Origin: Planctomycetaceae bacterium
GTDB taxonomy: Bacteria > Planctomycetota > Planctomycetia > Pirellulales > UBA1268
Length of the DNA: 64,000 bases
Assembly: GCA_947449135.1 (NCBI GenBank)
Contig: CANFQO010000002.1
Location: 2,430-66,429 of the forward strand
Direction of reading: 5' to 3'
A program made the translations under genes and the position numbers. Each line of letters opens with the position of its first letter. The first letter of the stretch is position 1. Shown here in pieces: positions 16,315 through 25,636 of this stretch. A model generated the notes under the pieces. It was not told where the DNA came from, ran no database searches, and worked only from the letters and a program-made list of their open reading frames with translations.

Positions 16315-16955
16315 GCATGCGTGCCCTCGCGGGCAGTTCAATGAAGCCACAAGACACCATTCCGATCCGCTCCATGACACCGACACCTCCCACTGATCTC
16401 GAGCATCGTCTGGCCGGCATCCAGCTGTTGTTGCTCGACTGCGACGGCGTGCTCACTGATGGTGGCGTCACGTGGAGCTCCGACGGGGTGGAATGCAAGA
16501 CGTTCCACATTCGCGACGGCCTCGGTATCCGCGGCTGGCAACGGGCCGGCGGACGGACGGGCATCATCACGGGCCGGTCGAGCCGCATCGTGGAACGAAG
16601 GGCCGCGGAACTCGGAATCGAGTTCGTGCGGCAGGGCATCGACGACAAGTTCGCTGCCGCCGACGAGATCATCAAGGAGTGCGGGCTGTCGTGGGAACAG
16701 ACGGCGTTCATGGGCGATGACCTGCCCGACCTGCCCGTGGTAACGCGGTGCGGAGTTGGGGCGGCGGTTGCCGATGCCTGCACCGAATTGCGGGAGGCTG
16801 CCGCGGTGGTGACCAGTCTGCCAGGCGGCCGGGGCGCGGTCCGTGAACTGGTCGAACGGATGCTTCGGGCCCGTGGTGGCTGGGAGGCGATCGTCAGCGC
16901 GTACATCGCGCCGGGTGTGGGTGTCAGCGCGGGCAGGGATCTTGGCCGGGCCTAG
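16311..16955 (+). CDS. kdsC: 3-deoxy-D-manno-octulosonate 8-phosphate phosphatase (HAD, YrbI family)
   Basis: LLLLDCDGVLTDG...FHIRDGLGI...IITGRSS...FMGDDLPDLPV. The GTG start overlaps the kdsD stop (GTGA). An alternative ATG lies at 16317. Confidence 0.85.
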   Translation: MSMRALAGSSMKPQDTIPIRSMTPTPPTDLEHRLAGIQLLLLDCDGVLTDGGVTWSSDGVECKTFHIRDGLGIRGWQRAGGRTGIITGRSSRIVERRAAELGIEFVRQGIDDKFAAADEIIKECGLSWEQTAFMGDDLPDLPVVTRCGVGAAVADACTELREAAAVVTSLPGGRGAVRELVERMLRARGGWEAIVSAYIAPGVGVSAGRDLGRA

Positions 16956-16983
16956 AGTCCGCCTCCGTCAATCAGGCCACTTC

Positions 16984-19900
16984 ATGGAACATCGCCTCGG
17001 ACGCACGTTGCGGGTGTTTCTCATCGTCCTCGCGGCGGCCGGCTTTCACCGGCTCACCGTGGTGCCGTTGGTGGAACCACGTGTGCACGATGCCAAGGAG
17101 ACTCTCGAGATGTCGCCAGAGGAGGCCGCGGCGATCCGCGCCCGGGCTGATCGCCGGCTGGCGGCGATGGGGGACATCTTTCCGGCTGGCTCGTGGGAAC
17201 GTGAGGATCCGATCATGCTGGAGAGCCGGCAGATGCGGCTTCTCTTCAAACAGTATCAGGCGCTGCCCGACGGTCGGGTGAACCTCGTGCCCTGCACGCT
17301 GGTGGTGTTGCCCGACCGGAACCGTGTCGCCGCCGATGGCGGAGAGGGACGGACGATCGTGCTGCGGGTGCCCCAGGGAGCCGTGCTCGAATTCGACGAG
17401 CCGCTCGATCTGCGGCAGGGCCGGCTGGCGAGGCTCATCGGCGGCAGTCTCCGTGGCCAGGTGACGATCCGCGGCACGCCGTCAGCTCCCGGCGCCGATG
17501 ACGACATCGAGATCGTGACCCGCGACGTGGAACTCGAGGAGTTCGAGGTTCGCACCGCGGAGATGGTGCAGTTTCGGTACGGTCGGTCGACCGGCAGCGG
17601 CCGGGCACTCCTGGCGCGGCTCTTGCCGCGCGCCGGCGCGTCTGATCAGGGCCCCAGCATCGGCGGCGTCGATTCGATTCGGCTCGACCGCGATGTGCAG
17701 ATGCGTCTGGAGGGCATGCAGGGAGGACTGCTGCCTGGACAGAAGCAGCCCGCAGTCGGCGCCGAGTCAGCCTCGACTGCCGAAGCCGCTCCCGTGCTCG
17801 TCACGTGCCGTGGCGGCCTCTGCATGAATGTGTCGGCAAACGTGATCACCTGTGAGGATCAGGTGGAAGTCGTTCGAACGACTCCCGGTGGTTCCACCGA
17901 CCAGCTCGCCTGCGAACTACTGGCGATCGTTCTCGGCAGGCAGGTACCAGCTGCCGGCGAATCCGCGAGTAAATCGGAACTGCGGCCCGTGGAGATTCAG
18001 GCCAAGGGGACACCGGTCATCGCCCGCTCGAGCGGTGCCGGTCTCGAGGCCCGCGCGGCCCGACTGGGCTACGAGATCGCCACGCGACGAATCCTGCTCG
18101 ATGGCGAGGAGCCGGTGTCGCTTGTTGCTCGGGGCACGGAGATGGAGGCGCGATCGATCGATTACGTTCCTGGTCCATCCTCCGCACCGGGATCGCTGAT
18201 GGCCGTTGGCCCCGGCTGGTTGAGGACACGTTCCCCGGGATCGCCGCCGGTGCAGGCCCGCTGGCAGAAGTGGCTGCGGATGCGTCCCGATGGGGAAGGG
18301 CATGTCGCCTCGATTGCTGGCGATGCCGAGGTTGCCGTCGAAACGCAGGGCCGGCTGAGTGGTTCCGAGATGCACCTCTGGCTCGAACTGACCAAGCCCG
18401 CCGCGCCGGCAGGTGCTCAACCGGTGGCGGCGGCGGCGGATGCGAGCGGGGCTGGCCCCGATCTGTCGGGAGTGCGGCCGTCTCGACTGCTGGCCCGGGG
18501 CATGGTTGAGGTGGAGGCGGAGCAGCTGGCCGCGCGGACCGATCGCATGGAGGTCTGGTTCCGCAGCCAGGACCCGGCCATGTCGCCGGTCGCCGGAGGC
18601 ATGGCACAACCCTCGCTACTGGCGCCGAGAGCGAACGGTTCGGCCGGGGCGCCGGCTTCAGATCAGGCGGCAACGCATCCCGGAACGCAGAAGAGTCCCA
18701 CCGCCGGCAGGCTGGTGGCGACCGCGGCGCTTGTCAGGGGGTTGGTGACCATGGTGGGCAACAAGAGCGAACTCGAAGAGATGTCGCTGGAGGGACAGGT
18801 GCATGTCGTGGAGGAGCCGCGTGAACGTCGTGCGGCCGCGGTGCCGAATCCTGACAGCGAGGCGGGGATGGAGATCCGTGGCGACCAGATGCAGCTCACG
18901 CGGCCCACGCGGTTTGATGCGCGGGCGATCGTATCGGGACGGCCAGCGGAGGTGCGTGGACGGGGCCTCGATCTGCAGGGGCCGCTCGTCGATTTCGATC
19001 GTGGCAGGAATCGGCTGACGGTCGATGGTGCGGGCAGGCTGAAGGTGCCGCTGGCTGCAGGGACGGGCGGATTCGAGTCGTTTGGGTTCACGGGTGGCAT
19101 GGCATCCCCGACCGCACAGCCGCCGGCCGGGGTCGCTGTCGGCCAGCCGAATGCTCCCCCCGGTTCACTCGATGTGACCTGGCAGGGCCGGATGGATTTC
19201 GACGGACTCACTGCCCGCTTCGTCGATCGAGTGGTCACCACCAGCGGCAACACCGCCGTGCGGGCCGGCTCCCTCGATGTGGTCTTCAATCGTCCCCTGG
19301 AGTTTTCCGCGGGACAGCCGCCGCCGGCGGCGCGGCCCGACGTGGCACGGATAGCCTGCGGCAGCGGCGTGCGGATCGAGAGCGAGTCGGCTGCGCAGGA
19401 CGGAGCGAAGTCGGTGGAGCAGCTCTTCGTGCGCGATCTGGTCATTGACCGCACCACGGGGAATGTGACGGGCACGGGCCCCGGTCGGTTGGCCAGCACC
19501 CGGTTTGGGCAGGCCCCTGGCATGGCACTTCCGGCCGGGCCGCAGACGCCCGGCGCCGCACCCAGCCCGGTGGCGCCAGCCCAGCCTGATGAGCTCACCT
19601 ATCTGGGCGTCGACTTCCAGCGGGGCATGCGGGGCAACATCAACCGCCGTGTGATGGAATTCCATCAGCGCGTGGAGGCGATCTGGGGGCCGGTGGCCAA
19701 GTGGGGCGACACGCTTGATCCACACGCGGCGACCGGCCTCCCGCCGCGGGTCGTGACCATCTCCAGCGATGTGCTGGGCGTGGGGCAGGCCCCGCCGGTG
19801 CCGGGCCAGCAGCGGAGCTCGATCGAACTGGCCGCCGGCGGCAACGTGCTGGTGGAAGGGGAGTCGTTCACGGCGCGGAGCACCCGACTCACCTGGAGCG

Positions 19901-20160
19901 AGGCGAAGGACCTGCTCGTCTTCGAGGGGGATGGCCGCAGCGACGCGCAGCTCTACCGGCAGACGAAGGTGGGAGCGGCCACATCGAGCGCGTCAGCCGG
20001 AAAGATCCTCTACTGGCGGGCAATCAACCGTGTCGACGTCGACGATGCCCGCTTCCTCGACATGGATCAGTTGGGGGCGGGTGCGGGCGGCCTCCGCGCA
20101 CCGGGCTTTGGCGGCGCCGCGCCGGCGAAGCCTGTGAGCCGTCCGGTGCCGGGCACCTAA
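16984..20160 (+). CDS. 1058-aa membrane-anchored periplasmic protein, possibly a multi-module LptC/LptA (OstA-like) relative
   Basis: It has a single N-terminal TM helix (LRVFLIVLAAAGFH). Several segments are OstA-like, for example LAAGGNVLVEGESFTARSTRLTWSEAKDLLVFEGDG and MEIRGDQMQLTRPTRFDARAIVSGRPAEVRGRGLDL. It follows kdsC directly. The CDS call is solid, but the function call is inference. Confidence 0.45.
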   Translation: MEHRLGRTLRVFLIVLAAAGFHRLTVVPLVEPRVHDAKETLEMSPEEAAAIRARADRRLAAMGDIFPAGSWEREDPIMLESRQMRLLFKQYQALPDGRVNLVPCTLVVLPDRNRVAADGGEGRTIVLRVPQGAVLEFDEPLDLRQGRLARLIGGSLRGQVTIRGTPSAPGADDDIEIVTRDVELEEFEVRTAEMVQFRYGRSTGSGRALLARLLPRAGASDQGPSIGGVDSIRLDRDVQMRLEGMQGGLLPGQKQPAVGAESASTAEAAPVLVTCRGGLCMNVSANVITCEDQVEVVRTTPGGSTDQLACELLAIVLGRQVPAAGESASKSELRPVEIQAKGTPVIARSSGAGLEARAARLGYEIATRRILLDGEEPVSLVARGTEMEARSIDYVPGPSSAPGSLMAVGPGWLRTRSPGSPPVQARWQKWLRMRPDGEGHVASIAGDAEVAVETQGRLSGSEMHLWLELTKPAAPAGAQPVAAAADASGAGPDLSGVRPSRLLARGMVEVEAEQLAARTDRMEVWFRSQDPAMSPVAGGMAQPSLLAPRANGSAGAPASDQAATHPGTQKSPTAGRLVATAALVRGLVTMVGNKSELEEMSLEGQVHVVEEPRERRAAAVPNPDSEAGMEIRGDQMQLTRPTRFDARAIVSGRPAEVRGRGLDLQGPLVDFDRGRNRLTVDGAGRLKVPLAAGTGGFESFGFTGGMASPTAQPPAGVAVGQPNAPPGSLDVTWQGRMDFDGLTARFVDRVVTTSGNTAVRAGSLDVVFNRPLEFSAGQPPPAARPDVARIACGSGVRIESESAAQDGAKSVEQLFVRDLVIDRTTGNVTGTGPGRLASTRFGQAPGMALPAGPQTPGAAPSPVAPAQPDELTYLGVDFQRGMRGNINRRVMEFHQRVEAIWGPVAKWGDTLDPHAATGLPPRVVTISSDVLGVGQAPPVPGQQRSSIELAAGGNVLVEGESFTARSTRLTWSEAKDLLVFEGDGRSDAQLYRQTKVGAATSSASAGKILYWRAINRVDVDDARFLDMDQLGAGAGGLRAPGFGGAAPAKPVSRPVPGT

Positions 20161-20301
20161 AAGGGCTGGCCGCCATCAGATCGAGGCGAGCGTGGCCTCA
20201 GGCAGGATTGCCAGCCAGTTCATGCCCTGTGGCATAATCATCGCCCCAAGCCGGCGCCCTGTTGCGCGGCTGGTTTCATTCCCGCCCGAGATCTTTTCCT
20301 C

Positions 20302-23300
20302 ATGCGCACGATCTTGTCTGCCTGGTTCCTCCCCGTCCTGATGCTGGCATCGGCAACATCGTCGGCGACCGCCGAGCCGCCGGCACCGATTGACCACATC
20401 GAGATCGCCCTCGACCGGAAGACGCTCCAACTCGTGCGTGAGCCGGGAGCGACCGCGCAGATCACCCTCACCGCCGTCGGCCCCAATGGACAGCGGCGGC
20501 CCCTCGATCCAGCGGCCGCCACGCTCACCGCCACCACTACCGAGGCCAGTGGTGGCGTTGAGGTGGTGACTGTCGAACAGGGTAAAATCCAGCCTCGTGA
20601 AGGGGGCATCGCGAAGATCACGGCCACCGTGGAGCAGGATGGCGGGCGGCATTCGGCCAGCACCGACCTGGTGGTCGCCCCCTTTTACCGCGACTACCAC
20701 CAGTGCCTGGTGACGAAGCTGTTCATGGGCATGGAGGGGACGCCTGTCGAGCGGCTGGCGAAAGAACCGCTCTTCCAGAAGCCGCACGATGTGCTCTGCA
20801 CGTTCGAGGAGGCGCTGGAGGTGATTCGCAAGACCGACAACCTCACCCGCGGCATTCCCAAGATCATCTACCTCGTCGGCTGGCAGAAGGGAGGCCACGA
20901 TCACGGCTATCCGGCCTGGGACGAGGTCAATCCCCGGCTGAAGCTGCCTCACGACGCGACGGCGCTCGAGAGCCTCCGCTGGCTCATCCGTGAAGCCCGG
21001 CGCTACAACACCACCGTCAGCCTGCACATCAACATGCTCGACGCCTACCGGCACAGCCCGCTCTTTGACGAATACGTGCAGAAGGATTTGTTTGCCAAGG
21101 ACGAAGCAGGCAACCTGCTGGTGGCCGGGAGCCAGATCGAGGGGGACGACATGTACAACGTCGTCTATCCCCGCGAATGGGAGGCGGGGCTCGCGCAGCG
21201 ACGAATCGACCGCTTGATCGAGATGGTGCCCGAATTGAAGGACGGTCACACGATCCACGTTGATGTCTTCATCGCCCAGCGCGATAACGGCAAGCCGGTC
21301 AGCCCCTGGCATGCTCTCGCGGAGCACGGCGGCCTGACGCCGGACAAATATGTGGAGGCGCAGCGGAAGATTTTTCATTACTGGCGCGATCGGGGCTTCG
21401 ACGTGACCGGCGAAGGCATCTTCTGGGCCCACCCGCCGGGCGAGGGCTTTACCGGACTGCAGGCGATGTCGTGGTGGTATCCAGGTGACCCTGGCTACCA
21501 GATGAGAATCCCGGAGCGGCTGATGGCCCGCGGCCGCACTGACCGGGGCAGTGACGGCGATTTCCGGTTTGGCTCGAGCATGCACGGCGAGGAGATCTGG
21601 CAGCGGGATAAGGAGACGATGCCCGGATTTCTCGGGATGTTCTGCCGCACCACGCTCCCCTGGTATTTCCTCAGTCGCCACGACCGTCTCTCCTTCAAAA
21701 ACGACGTGCTGACCTACAGCGACGGCGTCCTAGCCCGGGCTGAGGATGGGGTCCGCACGATCAGGCAGGGGGATTTCGTGCTCCGCGCCGATGACGACCT
21801 CTTCGTGCCGGCGCTCTGGAATCCGCGGGAGATCATCGCCTGGTCGAACGGCGGTAGCGCTGCCAGGAAGTGGCGGCTGCCTGCAGACTGGCAGGATGTG
21901 ACGGCGGTCGATCTCTACCGCATCACGCCCGCAGGCTGCACGCCCCGGGAGGCGAAGGTGCCAGTTGTTGATGGCACGCTGTCTCTCACCCTCGAGAAGG
22001 AGGAGGCGGTGTCGATCGTTCCTGCCGGCACTCCACCCACCGGCACCATTCACCATCCAGGCACCGCCGATGCGGCGGTGCCCGAGCGGCCCAACGACGA
22101 GTGGCGGCTGCGGCATGGCGAAAGGGTGGCGGAGGTGCGGGGCATGACCAATGGGCCGGAGATCCTCTTCATTGGCGACTCCATCACCTCCGGCTGGCGG
22201 GATATCGGCCGGGAGATATGGGAGCGGGAGTTCGTTCCCCGCGGGGCCGCATCGATCGGCATCGCCGGCAGCCAGACGCAGCACATTCTCTGGCAGCTCG
22301 ACCATGGCGCCGTCGATGGCCTTCAGCCCCGGCTCGTGGTGCTGATGATCGGCGTCAACAACGTCGTCGCCTCCCCCTCCCATTCGGCCGCCGATATCGC
22401 CCGTGGCATCGAGACCATCGTGGCCCGGCTGCGGGAGAAACTCCCGGCGGCTGATGTGCTGGTGCTTGGCACCTTTCCCAAAGATCTCCAGCCCGACAGC
22501 CCCGACCGGCAGAAGATCGCCGAGGTCAACAGGCTGATCGCTCCGCTGGCCGACGGCGGGCGGGTGCGGTTTGCCGATCCGGGCAAGCGGTTGCTCGCTG
22601 CCGACGGAACCCTGCCGGCTGCGATCTCGCCCGATGGCGTGCATCTGAGTCCGGCGGGATACCAGCTCTGGGCCGACGCGATGAAAGATCTCGTGGCCAG
22701 CGCCATTGTGCCGCTCCCGGAGCGGTTTCAGCTCCGGCCTCTGCCGGGCCACTCCGGGTGCGCGTTCACGATGTACGGCGTGCCGGGGGAACTGCCGCAG
22801 GTGGAACAGCTCGTTGCCGTGATGAAGAAAGAGCACCTCGGCAACGGATTCGATCCGGGGCCTGGCCCGGCCCCTCACGCCAAGCCGCTGTTCGATGCAC
22901 TGGCCACCACGGGCTGGCCGGTCGTGAGCACCTGCTGCGCCGACATGCAGATCGACGGCGGCCGCTGCGTGCTCGGGGCCGCCGATGCCGCCGCCTGGGA
23001 GGCGATGGACCGCGCGGGAAGGTTCACCGCCGTGCAGCTCGGGGAGTGGGGCTATTACTTCCACCGACTGTCGCACAACGAGAAGTGGTGGCGGGATGTC
23101 TATGGTGCGGAGTTCGACGCCTTCAAGCACCTGATGAAACCGGCAGGGCTCAATGGCTATGACCGGCGGCCGACCAGCAAGCAGGAATGCTACGACGCCG
23201 TGGAACGGTACTTCAAAAACCGCTGCCGCGATCTGCTCGACCGGGTGATCAGCGTCAACGGCCATTCCCACTACGAGGCCTATTCTGGCGAGTGGGGAGC

Positions 23301-24462
23301 ACGCTGCATCGGGCTGGAGTTGGGGGAGAACATCGCCTTCACGCAGTCAAAGCTGGCGTTTGCCCGCGGGGCATCGCGGCAGTGGCAGAAGCCATGGTCG
23401 GTGCAGGTGAGCCCATGGTTTGCCGGGGCCTGCACCACCAGCGGCCCGCTGCGGAGCGAAGGCGGCATGGCACGAGGGCTCGACGCCGGCCACTCGCTGA
23501 GTTTCTACGAGCGGCTCTGGCTCCACGCCTGGTTTGCCGGTGCCGCAATGGTCACTCCGGAAAACAGCATCAGCATCTTCTTCGAGCAGGCGGCAGCTCC
23601 GTGGACGCTGACCGCCCACGGCCGGAAGGCAGCCGAGGTGTTTGACTTCATGCAACGGCACGACCGGGGCGTGCCTTTCACGCCGGTGGCGATCGTGCTC
23701 GATCATCTGGCCGGCTACAACGGCTACATGGACAAACCGTGGGGCATCCTCGAACCCACCTCCGGCGACCGTCAGTTGCGGGACCTCTTCGACGCGCAGC
23801 TGTTTCCCGGTGCCGACCACATCCATGCCCCGCCCAATCGCGACAATCCCGAGGCAGCCTATCTGCGGCCCACGCCCTACGGCGAGATGTTTGATGTGCA
23901 GCTGACCGGTGCGTCAGCGGAAATGCTGGCCAGCTACCCGGTGCTGCTGCTGGCCGGTGACATCGAGTTTGACGATGCCACGGTCGACAAGCTCCGGCAT
24001 GCCCTGCAGCAGGGGAGCACGTTGCTCGTGTCGCAGGCCCACCGCGAGGCGCTCGGAGCGAACTTCCAGTCGCTGGCCGCGGAGCCAGGAAAAGGACGAC
24101 TCGAGGTTCTGGAATCGTGGAAGAATCCTGCCACCGGCCGGTCGGCGGCGATCTCCGCCAGCCGGCTGGAGCGGCTTGTCCGCGACCTCTTGCCGGTGGA
24201 GGTGACGGGCGATGCGATCCAATACCAGATCAACCGCACGGCGGCCGGCTGGGTGATCGAACTGGTCAACAACACGGGCGTGGCCAAGAAACCGGATCAG
24301 CCAGCGACGATTGATCCGGCCGCAGTGGCCCGCGTTGTGCTGCGTCCACGAGGGGACTATCGCGAGGCGAGGCAGTGGCGAACCGACCGCGCGTTTCCGC
24401 CGGGGGACCCCATCGTGATCGACGTGAGCCCCGGCGCAAACGCATTTGTCGAATGGCGGTGA
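20302..24462 (+). CDS. 1386-aa secreted multidomain carbohydrate-active protein: signal peptide, Ig-like domain, glycoside-hydrolase-like barrel, SGNH/GDSL esterase domain and an uncharacterised C-terminal domain
   Basis: The signal peptide is MRTILSAWFLPVLMLASATSSATA. SGNH blocks are read as FIGDSIT (I), GIAGSQT (II), IGVNN (III) and DGVHLS (V). The N-terminal catalytic-like region (IIYLVGWQKGGHDHGYPAWD) recalls GH101-type enzymes, but from memory only. Confidence 0.7.
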   Translation: MRTILSAWFLPVLMLASATSSATAEPPAPIDHIEIALDRKTLQLVREPGATAQITLTAVGPNGQRRPLDPAAATLTATTTEASGGVEVVTVEQGKIQPREGGIAKITATVEQDGGRHSASTDLVVAPFYRDYHQCLVTKLFMGMEGTPVERLAKEPLFQKPHDVLCTFEEALEVIRKTDNLTRGIPKIIYLVGWQKGGHDHGYPAWDEVNPRLKLPHDATALESLRWLIREARRYNTTVSLHINMLDAYRHSPLFDEYVQKDLFAKDEAGNLLVAGSQIEGDDMYNVVYPREWEAGLAQRRIDRLIEMVPELKDGHTIHVDVFIAQRDNGKPVSPWHALAEHGGLTPDKYVEAQRKIFHYWRDRGFDVTGEGIFWAHPPGEGFTGLQAMSWWYPGDPGYQMRIPERLMARGRTDRGSDGDFRFGSSMHGEEIWQRDKETMPGFLGMFCRTTLPWYFLSRHDRLSFKNDVLTYSDGVLARAEDGVRTIRQGDFVLRADDDLFVPALWNPREIIAWSNGGSAARKWRLPADWQDVTAVDLYRITPAGCTPREAKVPVVDGTLSLTLEKEEAVSIVPAGTPPTGTIHHPGTADAAVPERPNDEWRLRHGERVAEVRGMTNGPEILFIGDSITSGWRDIGREIWEREFVPRGAASIGIAGSQTQHILWQLDHGAVDGLQPRLVVLMIGVNNVVASPSHSAADIARGIETIVARLREKLPAADVLVLGTFPKDLQPDSPDRQKIAEVNRLIAPLADGGRVRFADPGKRLLAADGTLPAAISPDGVHLSPAGYQLWADAMKDLVASAIVPLPERFQLRPLPGHSGCAFTMYGVPGELPQVEQLVAVMKKEHLGNGFDPGPGPAPHAKPLFDALATTGWPVVSTCCADMQIDGGRCVLGAADAAAWEAMDRAGRFTAVQLGEWGYYFHRLSHNEKWWRDVYGAEFDAFKHLMKPAGLNGYDRRPTSKQECYDAVERYFKNRCRDLLDRVISVNGHSHYEAYSGEWGARCIGLELGENIAFTQSKLAFARGASRQWQKPWSVQVSPWFAGACTTSGPLRSEGGMARGLDAGHSLSFYERLWLHAWFAGAAMVTPENSISIFFEQAAAPWTLTAHGRKAAEVFDFMQRHDRGVPFTPVAIVLDHLAGYNGYMDKPWGILEPTSGDRQLRDLFDAQLFPGADHIHAPPNRDNPEAAYLRPTPYGEMFDVQLTGASAEMLASYPVLLLAGDIEFDDATVDKLRHALQQGSTLLVSQAHREALGANFQSLAAEPGKGRLEVLESWKNPATGRSAAISASRLERLVRDLLPVEVTGDAIQYQINRTAAGWVIELVNNTGVAKKPDQPATIDPAAVARVVLRPRGDYREARQWRTDRAFPPGDPIVIDVSPGANAFVEWR

Positions 24463-24480
24463 GCCGGCGACGGTCGCCTT

Positions 24481-25545
24481 TCAGCCCCCGCCGGTCACCT
24501 TCATCGGCAGTGCCAGCACCTTGTCGCGGGCGGTAATGAAGAGCGTTTTGTGGTCGGCACCACCGAATGTGACATTCGTGGCATTGCCCGGCAGCGGGAT
24601 CTCTCCCACCAGGGTTCCATCGGGAGCAAACACGGCGATCATCGGCTTCTTCGGCGTGGTGTAGACATTGCCATGCTCGTCGAACGCCAGGCCGTCGCAG
24701 CCATAATCACAGAACTTCTTCCGTTCGCCCAACTGGCCGGGGCCGAGGATCGGATAGACAAAGGTCTCATTACCGACCCGGTCGGAGATGTAGATCAGCT
24801 TGCCGTCGGGCGAAATGAGCACGCCGTTGGGACGCTTGAAGCCCTCCGCCACCCGCTTCACCGTCTTGCGATCGGGCGAGATCCAGTAGACCGCCTCGCT
24901 CGGCACCTCGATCTCCTCCGGCTTACGGTCGTAGGCGGGGTCGCTGAACCAGATCGCTCCGGAGGCGTCGATGAAGAGGTCGTTGGGATTGTTGAGTCGC
25001 TTGCCCTCGAAGCGTTCCACGAGCGGCGTGATCTCCTTGGTGACGGGATCGATCACCACCATGCGGCGATGCGGGTCCATCTGGCAGCCGTAGAGCTTCC
25101 CGTCCTGTCCCCAGAACAGGCCATTGGTTTTGCCCGAGGGATCGAGCCAGGTTTCCACGGTTTGCGTCGCCAACTCAGTGCCGGCTGGCGGCAGGCCACC
25201 CGCGGGAACCTTCCACATGTGGATCTTTGTGGTGCCGAGATCGCTGAAGTAGATGTCCCCCTTTGCATCGGTGGCCGGGCCCTCGGTGAACGTGAACCCC
25301 TCCGCGATGACGCGTGGCTCAGGTTTCCCGTCCACGATATCGGCCAGCGTGTCGGCATGTGCCGTGGACGGTCCGACCAGGAAGCCGATCACCAAAGCCA
25401 GCAGGCAGACAAGAGCAGACAGTAGGGCAGACAGTCTGGCCGTCAGCTGAAACGTTTGACGTGAAGCAGTCACGGTCGGCACTCCTAGGGCGAGAGAAAG
25501 AAAAGTTGAGAGAAAGAACGTTGGTCGAGAGAAAAAGAAGGACAT
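24481..25545 (-). CDS. SMP-30/gluconolactonase/LRE-family beta-propeller protein, exported
   Basis: FTEGPATDAKGDIYFSDL, NGLFWGQDGKLYGC, NDLFIDASGAIWFSD, PNGVLISPDGKLIYISD and CDGLAFDEHGNVY are repeated propeller blades. The start is at MSFFFSRP (ATG 25545). Confidence 0.8.
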   Translation of the reverse strand: MSFFFSRPTFFLSTFLSLALGVPTVTASRQTFQLTARLSALLSALVCLLALVIGFLVGPSTAHADTLADIVDGKPEPRVIAEGFTFTEGPATDAKGDIYFSDLGTTKIHMWKVPAGGLPPAGTELATQTVETWLDPSGKTNGLFWGQDGKLYGCQMDPHRRMVVIDPVTKEITPLVERFEGKRLNNPNDLFIDASGAIWFSDPAYDRKPEEIEVPSEAVYWISPDRKTVKRVAEGFKRPNGVLISPDGKLIYISDRVGNETFVYPILGPGQLGERKKFCDYGCDGLAFDEHGNVYTTPKKPMIAVFAPDGTLVGEIPLPGNATNVTFGGADHKTLFITARDKVLALPMKVTGGG

Positions 25546-25636
25546 CCTCCCCACGCACCACGCTGGCGGAAGTATAGCCAACCCTCGTTCCGGCCGCACC
25601 AGCCAGCCATGCCCAGGCGGTTGCCTGGGCGGGCAT

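Noticed and set aside
20208-20238. TTGCCA-N19-CATAAT as a promoter for the 1386-aa gene
   Set aside because: The 19-nt spacer is longer than the usual 16-18. A single occurrence is not enough to call.
20176-23271. Minus-strand ORFs 20176-21681 (501 aa) and 21730-23271 (513 aa)
   Set aside because: Both lie fully inside the 1386-aa plus-strand gene, which has a signal peptide and complete SGNH motifs. Their translations have no motifs and a biased composition.
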